Below are positions 38,725 to 49,635 of a stretch of 64,000 nucleotides of DNA, one piece after another. The DNA comes from an uncultured Thermoleophilia bacterium (GTDB taxonomy: Bacteria; Actinomycetota; Thermoleophilia; Gaiellales; Gaiellaceae). Position 1 is the first letter of the stretch. Each line of letters starts with the position of its first letter. The stretch is from positions 65,899 through 129,898 of the forward strand of contig CAWJNF010000005.1 in the NCBI GenBank assembly GCA_963844235.1. Direction: 5' to 3'. Both the position numbers and the translations under genes were made by a program. The notes beneath the pieces were generated by a model that was not told the DNA's origin, searched no databases, and saw only the letters and a list, made by a program, of their open reading frames with translations.

Positions 38725-39075
38725 TCAGGCGACGGCTGCGAGCGCGTCGGCCTCCGAGTCGTAGATTCCGATGGCTTCGTCGAGGCGGGTGAGCTCGAAG
38801 ATCTGCCGGTAGTGCTCGTTGAGGCCGACGGCGAGCAGCTTCTGCTTCGCCCGATTCGCTCGCACGAGCACGGTGACGAGCAGTCCGATCCCGCTCGAGT
38901 TCATGTACTCGAGCTCGCTGAAGTTGAGCACGAGCGCCCGCACTTCCTCGCCTCCCGCGCGGGCGTAGGCGTCCATCAGCGCTTCCTCGCTTGCGGCCGT
39001 GAGCTCGCCGCGTACGTCCACGACCCGGGCGCCGTGACCGGCGTCCCGCACCTCCAGGTTGAGCGTCGTCTGCAT
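38725..39075 (-). CDS. STAS-domain anti-sigma-factor antagonist (RsbV/SpoIIAA-like)
   Basis: 116 aa; LVLNFSELEYMNSSGIGLLV with the phosphorylatable Ser context. Confidence 0.85.
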   Translation of the reverse strand: MQTTLNLEVRDAGHGARVVDVRGELTAASEEALMDAYARAGGEEVRALVLNFSELEYMNSSGIGLLVTVLVRANRAKQKLLAVGLNEHYRQIFELTRLDEAIGIYDSEADALAAVA

Positions 39076-39088
39076 GCGTCCTCCTTCC

Positions 39089-39424
39089 TCAGCTCGCGTC
39101 CTCGTCCGGAAGGATCCGGACGAAGTCCGCGATGCGGGTGATCTCGAAGATCTCGCGGTAGTGGTCGGTGAGGCCTCGGGCCTCGAGCTCCACGCGGTCA
39201 CGGCGTCCCTTCGCAAGCAGCCCGACGAGGAGCGCAATGCCGGTCGAGTTGATGTATCCGACGCGGCTGAAGTCGAGTGTGACGACCCGCGCCCCGTTGC
39301 CCGTCGCCTCCGCGTAGGCGGCTTCCAGCGCAGCTTCGGCGCCACTGTCGACGTCGCCCTCGAGCTCGACGACAGCCGTCTCGGCCGCCGGCGACACGCG
39401 CGCCTCAAACCGACTCGTCTGCAT
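39089..39424 (-). CDS. STAS-domain anti-sigma-factor antagonist (second copy)
   Basis: 111 aa; VTLDFSRVGYINSTGIALLV. Its start overlaps the upstream gene by 20 nt. Confidence 0.85.
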   Translation of the reverse strand: MQTSRFEARVSPAAETAVVELEGDVDSGAEAALEAAYAEATGNGARVVTLDFSRVGYINSTGIALLVGLLAKGRRDRVELEARGLTDHYREIFEITRIADFVRILPDEDAS

Positions 39425-41024
39425 CCACGTCTCCTCCCAGCCGGAACGCGAGCTCGAGCGTGTGGCTCTCGCCCTCGGTCCACGTCTCGATGTCGTCAGC
39501 CATGTGCTCGATCAGAAACAGGCCCCAGCCGCGTGGCTTTTGCTCGCCCGCGAGCTTCGCCTCGAGGTCGGGTCGTTCGGGCTCGACGATCGGGCGCGCT
39601 CCGCCGCCGTCCGTGATTCGCACACGGAGCCGCTCGCTGTCGGCGAGCACCTCGATGGCAACAGGCACCTCGGGTCGTGAGTCGTTGCCGTGCTCGATCG
39701 CGTTCATGGCAGCCTCGGAGACGGCTGTCCGCAACCGTTCGAGCGTCGTCGCCGGAACGGCGAGTCGCGCGACTGCCGTCGTGACACGCTCCATGGCCTC
39801 CCGCTCGTTGCCGGGCACGCTCGCCAGCTCGAATGCGGCGAGCACCGTGCCGTTTCCGCCTGCAGAGGTCACCGGCTGCGGCGCCCGTTCGAGCGCGACA
39901 AGCGTGATGTCGTCCTCCTGCTCCCAGGCCGAGCCCGTGAAGCGGTCGAGCTCAGCGAGCAGCCCCTCGACCGGTGAGGTCGAGGCGGTCGAGAGCCCCA
40001 TGAGCTCCCGCAGGCGCGGGAAGCCGAACATCTCGCCGCCCGGATCGTGCGCCTCCACGAGGCCGTCCGAGTAGAGGAGCAGGCACTCGCCGGGCTCGAG
40101 CACGGCCTCCTTCTCGTCGTACTCCATCTCCGGCATCAGGCCCAGCGGCATGCCCGTTGCGCGAAGCTCCACCGAGCCGCTCGCCGTGCGCACGCACGGC
40201 AGGTTGTGGCCGGCGTTCGCGTAGCGGAGCACCCCGGTCGACGGCTCGAGAACAGCGAAGAGGCACGTGACGAACATCTTCGGCGGCATGTCGGGGCAGA
40301 GCAGGTCGTTCGCTCGGCGCAACACCGCCGCGGGGGAGGACTGTCGCTGCGACGTAGCCCGCAAGATGCTCCGCGTCGCCGCCATCACCATCGCGGCCGG
40401 GACACCCTTGTCGGTCACGTCGCCGACCACGAAGGCGACTCGGCCACCGTCGAGCTCGATGACGTCGTAGAAGTCGCCGCCGACCTCTCGGGCCGGCTTG
40501 TAGTGGGCCGAGATCTCCCAGCCGGCGAGATCGGGGAGCTCGCGCGGAAGGAAGTTCTGCTGGATGAGCCGGGCGACCTCGAGCTCCTGCTCGATCCGCT
40601 CGTGCTGACGCGCCTGTATCTCCTGCTCGCGCACGAGCTGGCCGACCCGGAGTGCCGGCGCGGCCTGGGCCGCGAGGCTGTCGAGCAGCCGGCGATCGTC
40701 CGTCGAGTAGTCCTGATCCGAGAGCCGCGGCCCGAGGTTGAGCAGGCCGATCAGCTCGCCCTGGCTGACGAGCGGCACGACGAGCTTCACACCCGTCGCT
40801 CGTAGCGCCGCGAGCGCCGGCGAGTCGAGGTCGAGGCTGTCGACGTCGATTGCGCCAGAGGCGCTCTCGAAGTACGCGACGAGCGGGTCGTTGGGAGCGA
40901 TGTCGAGATCGAGCGCTCCGGCAGGCGTCGCCGGCGTGTGCGCGGCGAGATCTCTCGCTTCGTCCGACGGAAGCGCGGGATCCTGTGGCTGCGCTCGACG
41001 GAAGATGTGGGACAAACGCGTCAT
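39405..41024 (-). CDS. GAF / PP2C (SpoIIE-type) phosphatase / RsbW-like HATPase fusion protein
   Basis: GAF-like LVVPLVSQGELIGLLNLG. PP2C motifs GGDFYDV...VGDVTDKGVPAA...NAGH...LYSDGLVE. C-terminal EAAMNAIEHGN...ITDGGGA...GWGLFLI. Confidence 0.85.
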   Translation of the reverse strand: MTRLSHIFRRAQPQDPALPSDEARDLAAHTPATPAGALDLDIAPNDPLVAYFESASGAIDVDSLDLDSPALAALRATGVKLVVPLVSQGELIGLLNLGPRLSDQDYSTDDRRLLDSLAAQAAPALRVGQLVREQEIQARQHERIEQELEVARLIQQNFLPRELPDLAGWEISAHYKPAREVGGDFYDVIELDGGRVAFVVGDVTDKGVPAAMVMAATRSILRATSQRQSSPAAVLRRANDLLCPDMPPKMFVTCLFAVLEPSTGVLRYANAGHNLPCVRTASGSVELRATGMPLGLMPEMEYDEKEAVLEPGECLLLYSDGLVEAHDPGGEMFGFPRLRELMGLSTASTSPVEGLLAELDRFTGSAWEQEDDITLVALERAPQPVTSAGGNGTVLAAFELASVPGNEREAMERVTTAVARLAVPATTLERLRTAVSEAAMNAIEHGNDSRPEVPVAIEVLADSERLRVRITDGGGARPIVEPERPDLEAKLAGEQKPRGWGLFLIEHMADDIETWTEGESHTLELAFRLGGDVDADESV

Positions 41025-42290
41025 TGCTGTGCTCCTGTTGTACGGCCACGCCGTCCGGCGGGCGTTACGGCATCCGTTACGGCGGGACGAAGCCAGAGCG
41101 ACACACGCTCGGGCTCCAGCGTTCCCCGCACCACGCTGGTGAGCTCGCCGTGGAGCGTGGCGATGTCGATCTCGTCGCGCAGCCGGGCGGAGAAGGCCTC
41201 GAGCGTGCGCTGGGCGTCATAGCGGCGGCGGTAGAAGCGCCGGTCGACCGCTCGCTGAACTCGGGCCCGCACGGGACGAAAGAGCGCGGCCACGGCGAGC
41301 GTGGAGACGGCGATGGCCAGGTCGGAGCCACCGCCGAAGGAGGAGAAGACCTCCTGGAGCCCGAGCACGGTCCCGAAGTAGACGCCGACGAGCAGCGCCG
41401 AGACGGCGGCGTACACGACGGCCCGGTTGACAATCCGGTCGATGTCGTAGAGCCGGTAGCGAAGAATGGCGATTCCGGCCGCCAGCGGGATCGTGGCGAT
41501 GGCCAGGAGCAGCAGCGGCTCCCAGACGGCGCCATCGTCGATGTACCAGAAGAGGAGCGGGCCGCTCGCAAAGGTGGCGCCCACGAGGCCGGCGGCGCTC
41601 GCGACCCACTTGAGCTGCTGGCGCTCGAGCCCTGTTGCCCGGCGGAAGCGGAGGACGAGCGAGGCTGCCGAGACGACAATCCCGACGAACATGAGAATGG
41701 AGGCGACAGTCGCGACGCTTTCGAGCGCGTCCGCGAGAGGGCCTTCGGCTGCGTATGGATTCGTCAGAGGCTCGAAGTCCTCGAGCGTGTGGGGGCTGAA
41801 CATCTCTCCGAGCAGAGCGAGCACGATGGCGCCGACAACGATCCAGACGACAGGCACCCAGCGCCTGGACAGCAGGCGACCCTCGGGGAAGAGGAGGAAG
41901 AGGAGTGTCGCGGCGAGGAACAGCGGTGGCAGAAGGAGCCACGACCCCAGCCAGGCCATGGTCTCGCCGGCCGGAAGGGAGCCGGGCTCGGTCAGCAGCG
42001 CGTAGAGGGCGTACTGGTTCGCGAAAGCAGCGACCGCGAACAGGCTTCCCAGGCCGACGAAGATCCAGCCGATCGGGTTCTGAGGGCGGCGAGAGGCGAT
42101 GAGGGCGCCGACGGCCGGAAAGGTCAGCGACGACGATACCGAACAGGGCGTCGCCGATCCGTGACGACCCGAAATTGCTGACGCCAGGCGTCGAGCTGTT
42201 GAGGATCAGGAAGACGAGCGCGGCGAACGCCAGCGCGATCGCGATCGCGCAAACCGCCCAGGCCAGACGGGTCGTGCCCCGCCGGCTCAT
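41021..42290 (-). pseudogene. membrane-module paralogue P7 (one frameshift near 42121-42128)
   Basis: [13 protein letters not shown]...GIVV, then shift, then LTFPAVGALIASRRPQNPIGW...LLFLLFPEGRLLSRRW...ERQQLKW...LRYRLYDIDRIV...[19 protein letters not shown]...SLWLRP. ATGA overlaps at both ends. Confidence 0.75.
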
Positions 42291-43505
42291 CGCTGCACCT
42301 TCGGTCCTCGGAGCCAGAGCGACACCTGATCGGGTTCCAGCGTTCGCCCCACCACGTCGGTGAGCTCGCCCTGGAGCGACGCGATGTCGACCTCGTCGCG
42401 GAGGCGGGCCGCGAACGCCTCGAGCGTCCTCTGCGCGTCGTAGCGCCGGCGGTAGAAGCGCCGGTCGACTGTCCGCTGGACTCGGGTCCGCAATGGGCCG
42501 GAAGAGCGCGGCGACGGCGAGCGTGGAAACGGCGATGGCCAGGTCGGAGCCGCCGCCGAAGGATGAGAACACCTCCTGGAGCCCGAGGACGATCCCGAAG
42601 TACGCGCCGGCGAGGAGCGCCGAGACCGCGCCGTAGACGACCGCGCGGTTGACGATACGGTCGAGCTCGTAGAGGCGGTAGCGGAGGATTGCGATCCCGG
42701 CCGCGATGGGGATGGTGGCGACTGCAAGCAGCAGAACCGGCTCCCAGGGCCCGTCGTCGATCCACCAGAAGAGGAGCGGGCCGCTGGCCCACGCGACAGC
42801 CACCAGGCCCGCTGCGCTCGCCACCCATTTGAGCTGCTGCCGCTCGAGTCCTGTCGACCGGCGAAACCGCAGGATCAGCGAGATCGCCGACGCGATGAGG
42901 CTTGCGAGCATCAGCACGAACGCGACGTTCGCGACGATCTCGAGGGCATCGGCAGCCGCACCTGCGACTGCGTACGGGTTCTCGATCGACTCGAAGTCCT
43001 CGAGCGGGCCGGGCAAGAACATCTCGGCGAGCAGGGCCAGCACGATCCCGCCCGCGGAGGCCCAGAGGACCGGCAGCCAGCGCCGCGAGAGAAGACGGCC
43101 GTTGGGGAAGAGGAGGAAGACCAGGGTTCCGCTCAGGATGAGCGGAGCCAGGAAGAGCCAGGACTGCACCCAGGCCATCGCCATGCCTGCCGGCAGCGCC
43201 CCCGGCTCGGCGACGAGCGCGTAGGTCGCGTACTCGTTTGCGAAGGCCGAGATCGCGAACATCGCTCCCAGGCTGAGGAAGATCCAGCCGATCGGGTTCT
43301 CGGGTCGGCGGGAGGCGACGAGCGCCCCTACGGTCGAGAACGTGAGCAGAGCGACTAGGAAGAACGCGTTACCGACCTGCGACCCGATCGTGCTCTCGTC
43401 GGAGTTCGAATGGTTGAGAAAGACGAACGCAAGAGCGGCCGAGGTCAGTACGACGGACGCCGCGAAAGCGCCCCAGGCGAGGCGGGTAGCCGTGCGGCTG
43501 CTCAC
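42287..43505 (-). pseudogene. membrane-module paralogue P6 (one frameshift near 42498-42501)
   Basis: Intact frame from GTG 43505 through ...STLAVAALF. An extra C in CTCTTC(C)GGCCC breaks the frame; the tail [27 protein letters not shown]...SLWLRG continues in the next frame to 42287. Confidence 0.75.
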
Positions 43506-44842
43506 CGCTCCACCTCGGCGGCGAAGAGCTGACGCTCGCCCTGCACGCCCTTGAGCTCACGGGTGCGAGGGTCTTCGAAGCTCACGCCGGAGCCGGCCAC
43601 GAGCTCGCGGACAGTGCTCGAGACGAGGATCTCGCCGGCGCCGGCCATCTCGGCGACCCGCGCTCCGATGTGCACCGCGATGCCGCCCAGGTCGTCGCCG
43701 TGGAGCTCGCACTCTCCTGCGTGGACACCGGCGCGGAGCTCGAGACCGAGCGGCCGGACGCTGTCCCGAACGGCGGCGGCGCAGCGGATCGCCTGTGTCG
43801 GGCTGTCGAAGGCCGCGAAGAAGCCGTCGCCGGTCGTCCGGAGCTCGCGACCGCGGAAGCGATCGAGCTCCCTTCGCATCAGCTCGTTGTGCCGCTCGAG
43901 CAGCTCCTTCCAGCGACTGTCGCCGAGCCTCGTCACGAGCTCCGTCGAGCCGACGATGTCGGTGAAGAGCAGGGTCGTGAGCACACGCTCGGGCTCGGGA
44001 GCAGTCCGGCGCGCACCGGTCACGAGCTCCTCGACCTCGCCGACGAGCGTCTCCGCGTCGCCGGCGAACGGCCAGTGGTCGTCCCCGGGCAGCTCGACGA
44101 GTCGCGCGCCGTGGATGTGATCGGCCAGGTAGCGGGAGTGACCGACGTCGACGAACCGGTCGCCCCTCCGGTGGAGGACGAGCGTTGGCGCCCGGAGCCC
44201 GTCGAGCCGATCGCGCACGTCGAGCGCGGTGTTCATCCGCATGAGCGAGACCGCGCGCCCGGGGCTCGCTCCGAGCCGCAGGAGCCGGGCGAACCAGCTC
44301 CGGTAGGCCTCGTCGTCTGCCAGGCTCGGCGCAAGAAGCGCGGCGCCGTCGGCGGAGCCCCAGCCCTCCTCGGTCGCCGAAAGGTAGAGCTGGATCGCTG
44401 CCGGCGACCAGCCGAGGTCGTAGCCGTCGCCCTGTGTGAACTTCGCCAGGCCGGCGTAGAGGGCGAGAGCCGCCACGCGCTCGGGGTGCTCGGCGGCGAA
44501 GAGCGCGGCCAGCGCAGCGCCGTCGAACACGCCGAGGAGGGCTGCGCGCTCGGAGCCGGCCGCGTCGAGCACGGCGCTGATATCCCCGATCCGCGCCTCC
44601 GGGGCGGGTAGGCCGTCCACGGGATCGGACATGCCCGTGCCGCGCTTGTCGAACACGATCAGGCGCGAGAAGGCCGCGAGCCGCCGCAGGAAGCGGGCAG
44701 ACGCCGGCAGCTCCCAGCTCAATTCAGCGTGCGACAGGAACCCCGGCACGAGCATCAGATCGACTGGCCCCTCGCCCACGACCTGGTACGCGATCGTGAC
44801 CTCGCCGCTGCGGGCGTAGCGCGTGTCGACTTGTGGCGTCAT
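43502..44842 (-). CDS. alpha/beta-hydrolase-fold / class III adenylate cyclase fusion
   Basis: N-terminal VDLMLVPGFLSH...VFDKRGTGMSD...; C-terminal LLFTDIVGSTEL...TTGDGFFAAF...LRAGVHAGE. Intact. ATGA and GTGA overlaps with the flanking paralogues. Confidence 0.85.
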   Translation of the reverse strand: MTPQVDTRYARSGEVTIAYQVVGEGPVDLMLVPGFLSHAELSWELPASARFLRRLAAFSRLIVFDKRGTGMSDPVDGLPAPEARIGDISAVLDAAGSERAALLGVFDGAALAALFAAEHPERVAALALYAGLAKFTQGDGYDLGWSPAAIQLYLSATEEGWGSADGAALLAPSLADDEAYRSWFARLLRLGASPGRAVSLMRMNTALDVRDRLDGLRAPTLVLHRRGDRFVDVGHSRYLADHIHGARLVELPGDDHWPFAGDAETLVGEVEELVTGARRTAPEPERVLTTLLFTDIVGSTELVTRLGDSRWKELLERHNELMRRELDRFRGRELRTTGDGFFAAFDSPTQAIRCAAAVRDSVRPLGLELRAGVHAGECELHGDDLGGIAVHIGARVAEMAGAGEILVSSTVRELVAGSGVSFEDPRTRELKGVQGERQLFAAEVER

Positions 44843-46055
44843 GTCGCACGACCCCGGAGCCAGACCGAGACATGCGCAGGTCGCATCGCCTCGTCGGCCG
44901 TGGCAGCGAGCTCCGCCTCGAGCGCGGCGAGCTCGACCTTCTCGCGCACGTGGCTTGCGAACGCCTCGAGGGTGCCCTGAGCGTCGTACTTGCGCCGGTA
45001 GAAGCGGCGATCGACGAGGGACTGGATGCGGTTCCGGACCGGGCGAAAGAGCGCGAACGCGATCAGCGTCGACGCCGCGATCGCGAGATCGCCGCCTCCG
45101 GCAACCGACGAGAACACCTGCTGGAAGAGCAGGACGATGGCGAGGTAGAGGCCGGCGAGGGCCACGGTCGCCGTGCCGTAGACGAGCGTGCGGCGGATGA
45201 TCAGGTCGATGTCGTAGAGGCGGTACCGCAAGATCGAGATGGTGGTCGCGACCGGGATACCGACCACAAGGGCGATCACCGCGACGCCCCAGAGAACGTC
45301 CGCGGCCAGTCCCGGGTCCACTACGGCGACGAGCAGAACCGCCGCTATCGGAGCGGCGACGACGAACGCAAGCCACTTGAGCTGCTGACGCTCGCACGCC
45401 TCTGGCCGCGCCGGAAGCGAAGCGTCAGCGAGAGCAGTGCCGCTGCGAGGCTCGCGGCAAGGAGCGCTGCGCCCGCTATGCCGAATCGCCGTTGAGCACG
45501 CCTTCCATGTCGATGCCGACGGGGTTGGCGAGCCCTCCGGTGAGCGGATCGGGGTGAAGAGCTTCCGCCAGGACGATGACCACCGTCCCGACCGCAGCCA
45601 GCCACACAGCGAGGCGCCACCGAGGCGTGAGCGGTTGGCCCTCCGGGAAGAGGAGCAGGAGAGATGGCACTGAGCCCGAACGCGGGCCAGACAGCCCATT
45701 CGTACATCCACGCGAGCACCTGAGGTACCGGCAGCGACCCAGGCTTGGCCGCGACGATCTCCGCCGCGGTCTCGGCGATGCCGACGACGCCCCAGACGAG
45801 CGAGAGGCTGCACATCAACCAGCCGACGGCATTCTCGGGCCGGCGAGAGGCCACAAGCGCGCCGGTCGTCGCGAACACGGCGAGCCCGAGGTCACCGAGA
45901 ATCTTGAGCCAAAGCGGAGCGACGTCAGCCAGCGGCGCGACGTCAGCCTCCGGCGCTGAAGAAGCACCGTAGACGGCGAGAGCGATCCCGAGCCCGGTAA
46001 GGGCCAGGTAAGCCCAGACGGACCAGGCGAGGCGGGTTGTTGTGCGCGTGCTCAC
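44839..46055 (-). pseudogene. membrane-module paralogue P5 (three frameshifts: ~45657, ~45485, ~45400)
   Basis: MSTRTTTRLAWSV...SRRPENAVGW...AIS, shift, LLLFPEGQPLTPRW...NPVGIDMEGVLNG, shift, FGIAGAALL...LRFRRGQ, shift, ERQQLKW...LRYRLYDIDLII...[19 protein letters not shown]...SVWLRG. Confidence 0.7.
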
Positions 46056-47223
46056 GTTCGTTTTTCAGGCGGCCGTAACCAGAGCGAGACCTGCGCGGGC
46101 TGCAACGTCTCCCGCACGACGCCTCGGAGCTCCTCGCCGATCGCGTCGAGATCGATCTCGTCGCGCAGGCTGGCGGAGAAGCTCTCGAGGGTTCGTCTGA
46201 GCATCGTAGCGACGGCGATAGAACCGCCGGTCTACCAATTGCTGGATACGCCGCCGCGCAGGCCCGAACAGCGCGGCGACCGCGAGCGTCGAGACGGCGA
46301 CGGCGAGGTCGGAGCCACCCGCGAACGAGGAGAACACCTGTTGCAGGAGGAGCACGATGCCGAAGTAGAGGCCGGCCAGAGCTACCGTGGCGACGCCGTA
46401 GACGAGGGTTCGCTTGAGGACCAGCTCGAGGTCGTACAGCCGGTAGCGGAAGATCGCGATGCCTGCCGCGATCGGAAGACTCGAGAGTCCTATGGCTCCG
46501 AGCACGGACAGCACCTCGCCCGAGTCGATGAGGAAGAACGAGGCGATGAAGATCGGGGCCGCCGCGAGGAACCAGCGGAGCTGCTGCCGCTCGTCCGCCC
46601 CTGCAGATCGATATCGGACGAACACGGACACCACTGCGAGCAAGAGCGCGAGCATCGTCCCGAGCCACGCCCAGCCGCCGTCGGAAAACAACGGGAACTC
46701 GATCTCGATGGGCTTGTCTGCCCCTGTAACGCTCGAGAGCGTGCCCGGCCCGAGGGCGGTTCCCAGCCCCATCACGAATAGCGAGGCAGCGGCGAGCCAG
46801 GCGACGGGACGGAATCGTGGGGAGGTCAATTGCCCGGTCGGAAACAGGAGGAGGAGAAACACTCCGAGCGCCAGCGCAGCCACAGGAGCCATATCCGCCA
46901 CCAACCCTGCCCAGGAGCCGCCCGGCAGCGAGCCCGGCGACTGTCGAAGTGCGTAGATCGCGTATTCCTGGCAGAACAGCGCGATCTGAATTCCGAGTCC
47001 TGCCGCGAGGAAGATCCAGCCGACCCGGTTCCCGAACCGGCGCGACACGATCAAGGAGCCAACGGCCGAGTAGGCGAGGATCGAGACGATGAGGGCCGGG
47101 TCGGTCGCCCGCGGGAGGTCAGAGATCTCGAGTGAGCGCGTGAGGCGCCCACAGCGCGAGCCCCCCGGCGGCGAACGCGACGGAGAGCCCGAGGAGCGAC
47201 CAGGCTACGCGGCCGCTCGTCAC
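46052..47223 (-). pseudogene. membrane-module paralogue P4 (two frameshifts: ~47128-47140 and ~46196)
   Basis: VTSGRVAWSLLGL..., shift, ...IVSRRFGNRVGW...LLLLFPTGQLTSPRFRP...ERQQLRW...FRYRLYDLELV...[13 protein letters not shown]. An extra A (CAG-A-CGA) then garbles the tail. The corrected frame ends in a GTGA overlap with P5. Confidence 0.7.
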
Positions 47224-48425
47224 CGCTTCTCCTGAGCGGGCCGAAGCCAGAGCGAGACGTCGGAGGGTTGCATGGTGTCGCGAACGACGGTGCGTAGCTC
47301 GGTGCCGAGGGCGTCCAGGTCGACCTCGTCGCGGAGGCGGGCGGAGAAGCTCTCGAGTGTTCGCTGGGCGTCGTAGCGGCGGCGGTAAAAGCGCCGGTCG
47401 ACCGCGTGCTGGACCCGCCGGCGGGCAGGGCCGAACAGCGCCGCGACGGCGAGCGTCGAGACGGCGACGGCGAGGTCGGAGCCGCCCGCAAAGCCGCTGA
47501 AGACCTGCTGCAGAGCAAGCACGATGGCGAAGTAGAGGCCTACGAGCCCGGCGGTCACGACGCCGTAGACGAGCGTGCGCCGGATGATCACGTCGATCTC
47601 GTAGAGCCGGTACCGGAGGACGGCGACGCCGACGGCGATCGGTAAACCGATGAGGCCGACGAGAAAGGCCGCTCCGGCGGGGCCCGAAAACTCGAAGAAG
47701 TACTGGATCGGCAGCGTGGCGAGCAGCAGCCCCGCTGCTCCGGCGAACCACTTGAACTGTTGCCGCTCCTCTCCGCGGGAGCGGCGGAACCTCACGAGGA
47801 GATGGACCGCGGCCAGCGCCACGCTGAGGAGACAGATCGCGACGATCAGGTCGGCGGCGGCGGAGTAGCTCTCGCTGCTGGTCACCGCGAGCGGGTTCTC
47901 GAAAGCTTCGAACGGCGGGTCGAGATGGCCGGGCGACGTCGAGAGGATCGTCCAGACGAGGGCGAAGCCGATCAGAACGCACGTCGCGAACCAGCGCCAG
48001 CGCCGCGACGGCAGGCGGCCTGCCGGAAAGACGAGGAGGACCAGGAAGACGCCCGCCATCAACGTGGTCCAGCTGCCGCCGCCGACGACCGCAGCCGCCG
48101 CGCCGGCGGGGAGCCCCGCCTCGGGCTTCGCGAGGAGCGCCAGCTCCGCATAGAAGTCGAGTACGCCTCCGAGAAGAAGCCCGACGCCTGCGAGCGCCAG
48201 CGCCCAGCCGACGAGGTTGCCGGGACGCTTGAGCGTCAAGATCGCGCCGACGACGGGAAACGTGAGCACGAGAAGGATGTCTGGACCGAGACTTGCCCGC
48301 TCGGTGGGCTGGTACGACCCGTTGAGCGCGATTAGGAGTGCGAGCGCGACGAGGCCGAGGGCCACCAGAACGGTGACGACCAACAGCAGGCGGGCGAGCC
48401 TGGCTGCCGGCACACGCGTGCTCAT
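47220..48425 (-). CDS. membrane-module paralogue P3 (only copy with an uninterrupted frame, 401 aa)
   Basis: MSTRVPAARLARLLL...LKRPGNLVGW...LVLLVFPAGRLPSRRWRW...FENPLA...RFRRSRGEERQQFKW...LRYRLYEIDVII...[65 protein letters not shown]...VSLWLRP. About 10 TM helices. Confidence 0.8.
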   Translation of the reverse strand: MSTRVPAARLARLLLVVTVLVALGLVALALLIALNGSYQPTERASLGPDILLVLTFPVVGAILTLKRPGNLVGWALALAGVGLLLGGVLDFYAELALLAKPEAGLPAGAAAAVVGGGSWTTLMAGVFLVLLVFPAGRLPSRRWRWFATCVLIGFALVWTILSTSPGHLDPPFEAFENPLAVTSSESYSAAADLIVAICLLSVALAAVHLLVRFRRSRGEERQQFKWFAGAAGLLLATLPIQYFFEFSGPAGAAFLVGLIGLPIAVGVAVLRYRLYEIDVIIRRTLVYGVVTAGLVGLYFAIVLALQQVFSGFAGGSDLAVAVSTLAVAALFGPARRRVQHAVDRRFYRRRYDAQRTLESFSARLRDEVDLDALGTELRTVVRDTMQPSDVSLWLRPAQEKR

Positions 48426-49635
48426 TCCGACCCCTTCAACCACAGCGAGACCCCGGTCGGACGCATCGTCTCGTCGACGACGGCCACGAGCTCTGCGCGC
48501 AGCGTGTCGAGGTCGACCTCCTGCCGCAGCCGGCCGCTGAAGGCCTCGAGCGTGCGCTGGGCGTCGTACCCGCGGCGGTAGAAGCGACGGTCGACCGCGG
48601 TTTGAATTCGTCGGCGCGCCGGCCCGAACAGTGCGGCAACGGCGAGGGTCGAGACGGCGACGGCGAGGTCGGAGCCGCCGGCGAAGGACGAGAAGACCTG
48701 CTGCAGGGCGAGCACGATGCCGAAGTAGAGGCCGGCGAGGGCGGCGGTCACGGCGCCGTAGACGAGCGTGCGGCGGATGATCACGTCGATCTCGTAGAGG
48801 CGGTACCTGAATATCGCGAATGCCGATGGCGAGCGGGAGAGCCACGAGGCCGGCGACCAACGGCGCGGCGCCGATCGAAGACTCCCCGTCGTGGACGAGA
48901 GCGTGATGAATCCAGCTGCGAGGAGGGTGGCCGCGTAGGCGAACCACTTGAGCTGCTGGCGCTCGTCTCCCCTGGCACGGTGAAGGCGAAGCACGAACGA
49001 GCTCGCCGACGCGAGGATGCTGACGACGAGCAGCGTCCAGCCGGTGGAGCCTTCGAGCGAGTCGAGGAACCCTCCGGCGCGGTCGATCACGAACGGATTC
49101 TCGATCGAGGTGATGTCATCGAAGCCGCCCAGCGGGCCCGGCGAGAACGAGCCGAGGAAGAGGACGACGAGGGAGCCCGCTGCGAGCCACGCGACGGGTC
49201 GCCAGCGCCGGGACGGCAACGGACCGTCCGGGAAGAGGAGGAGGAGGAACGCTGCGGTGATACCCAGTCCGACGTAAGGCGTCCACGACCAGAGCCAACC
49301 CAACGCCTGACCGCTGGCAGCGAGCCGGGGTTTGTGAAGAGGGCGTAGATCGCGTAGCCCTGGGCGAAGCCGGAGATGGCAAAAGCACCCCCGGCGGCAA
49401 TGAGGATCCAGCCGATCGCATTGCCGGTCTGGCGCCTGGCGATGAGGGCTCCGACGGCCGAGAAAGGAAGGAAGACGAGTGCGAAGAGCGCCTCGTCGTA
49501 CTTCTCCTCGCCGTCCGGGAGCGGCGTCGAGAGGTTGAGCGCCAGGAAAACCAGGCTGAGGGCGGTGAGCACGAGCGAGAGCCGACGAGACCCAGGGCCA
49601 CCGGACCCAGATCGTGGTTGCCCCGGTCTCCTCAT
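48422..49635 (-). pseudogene. membrane-module paralogue P2 (three frameshifts: ~49313, ~48903, ~48819)
   Basis: MRRPGQ...ARRQTGNAIGW...NPGSLPA, shift, GQALGWLWSW...LLLLFPDGPLPSRRWRP...ERQQLKW...AAGFI. The stretch ALVHDGESSIGAAPLVAGLVALPLAIGI is read only in another frame. The original frame resumes at AIFRYRLYEIDVII...SLWLKG. Confidence 0.7.

Noticed and set aside
41217-43505. 762-aa ORF listed in the track as one protein.
   Set aside because: It is a chimera. The first ~335 codons are paralogue P6. After the frameshift at ~42500 it reads P6's tail out of frame, then P7's first 54 codons in frame, then P7 out of frame (Arg/Pro-rich).
43502-45397. 631-aa version of the cyclase gene.
   Set aside because: The first 185 codons are an out-of-frame reading of paralogue P5. 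The hydrolase domain begins at ATG 44842, which overlaps the P5 stop (ATGA).
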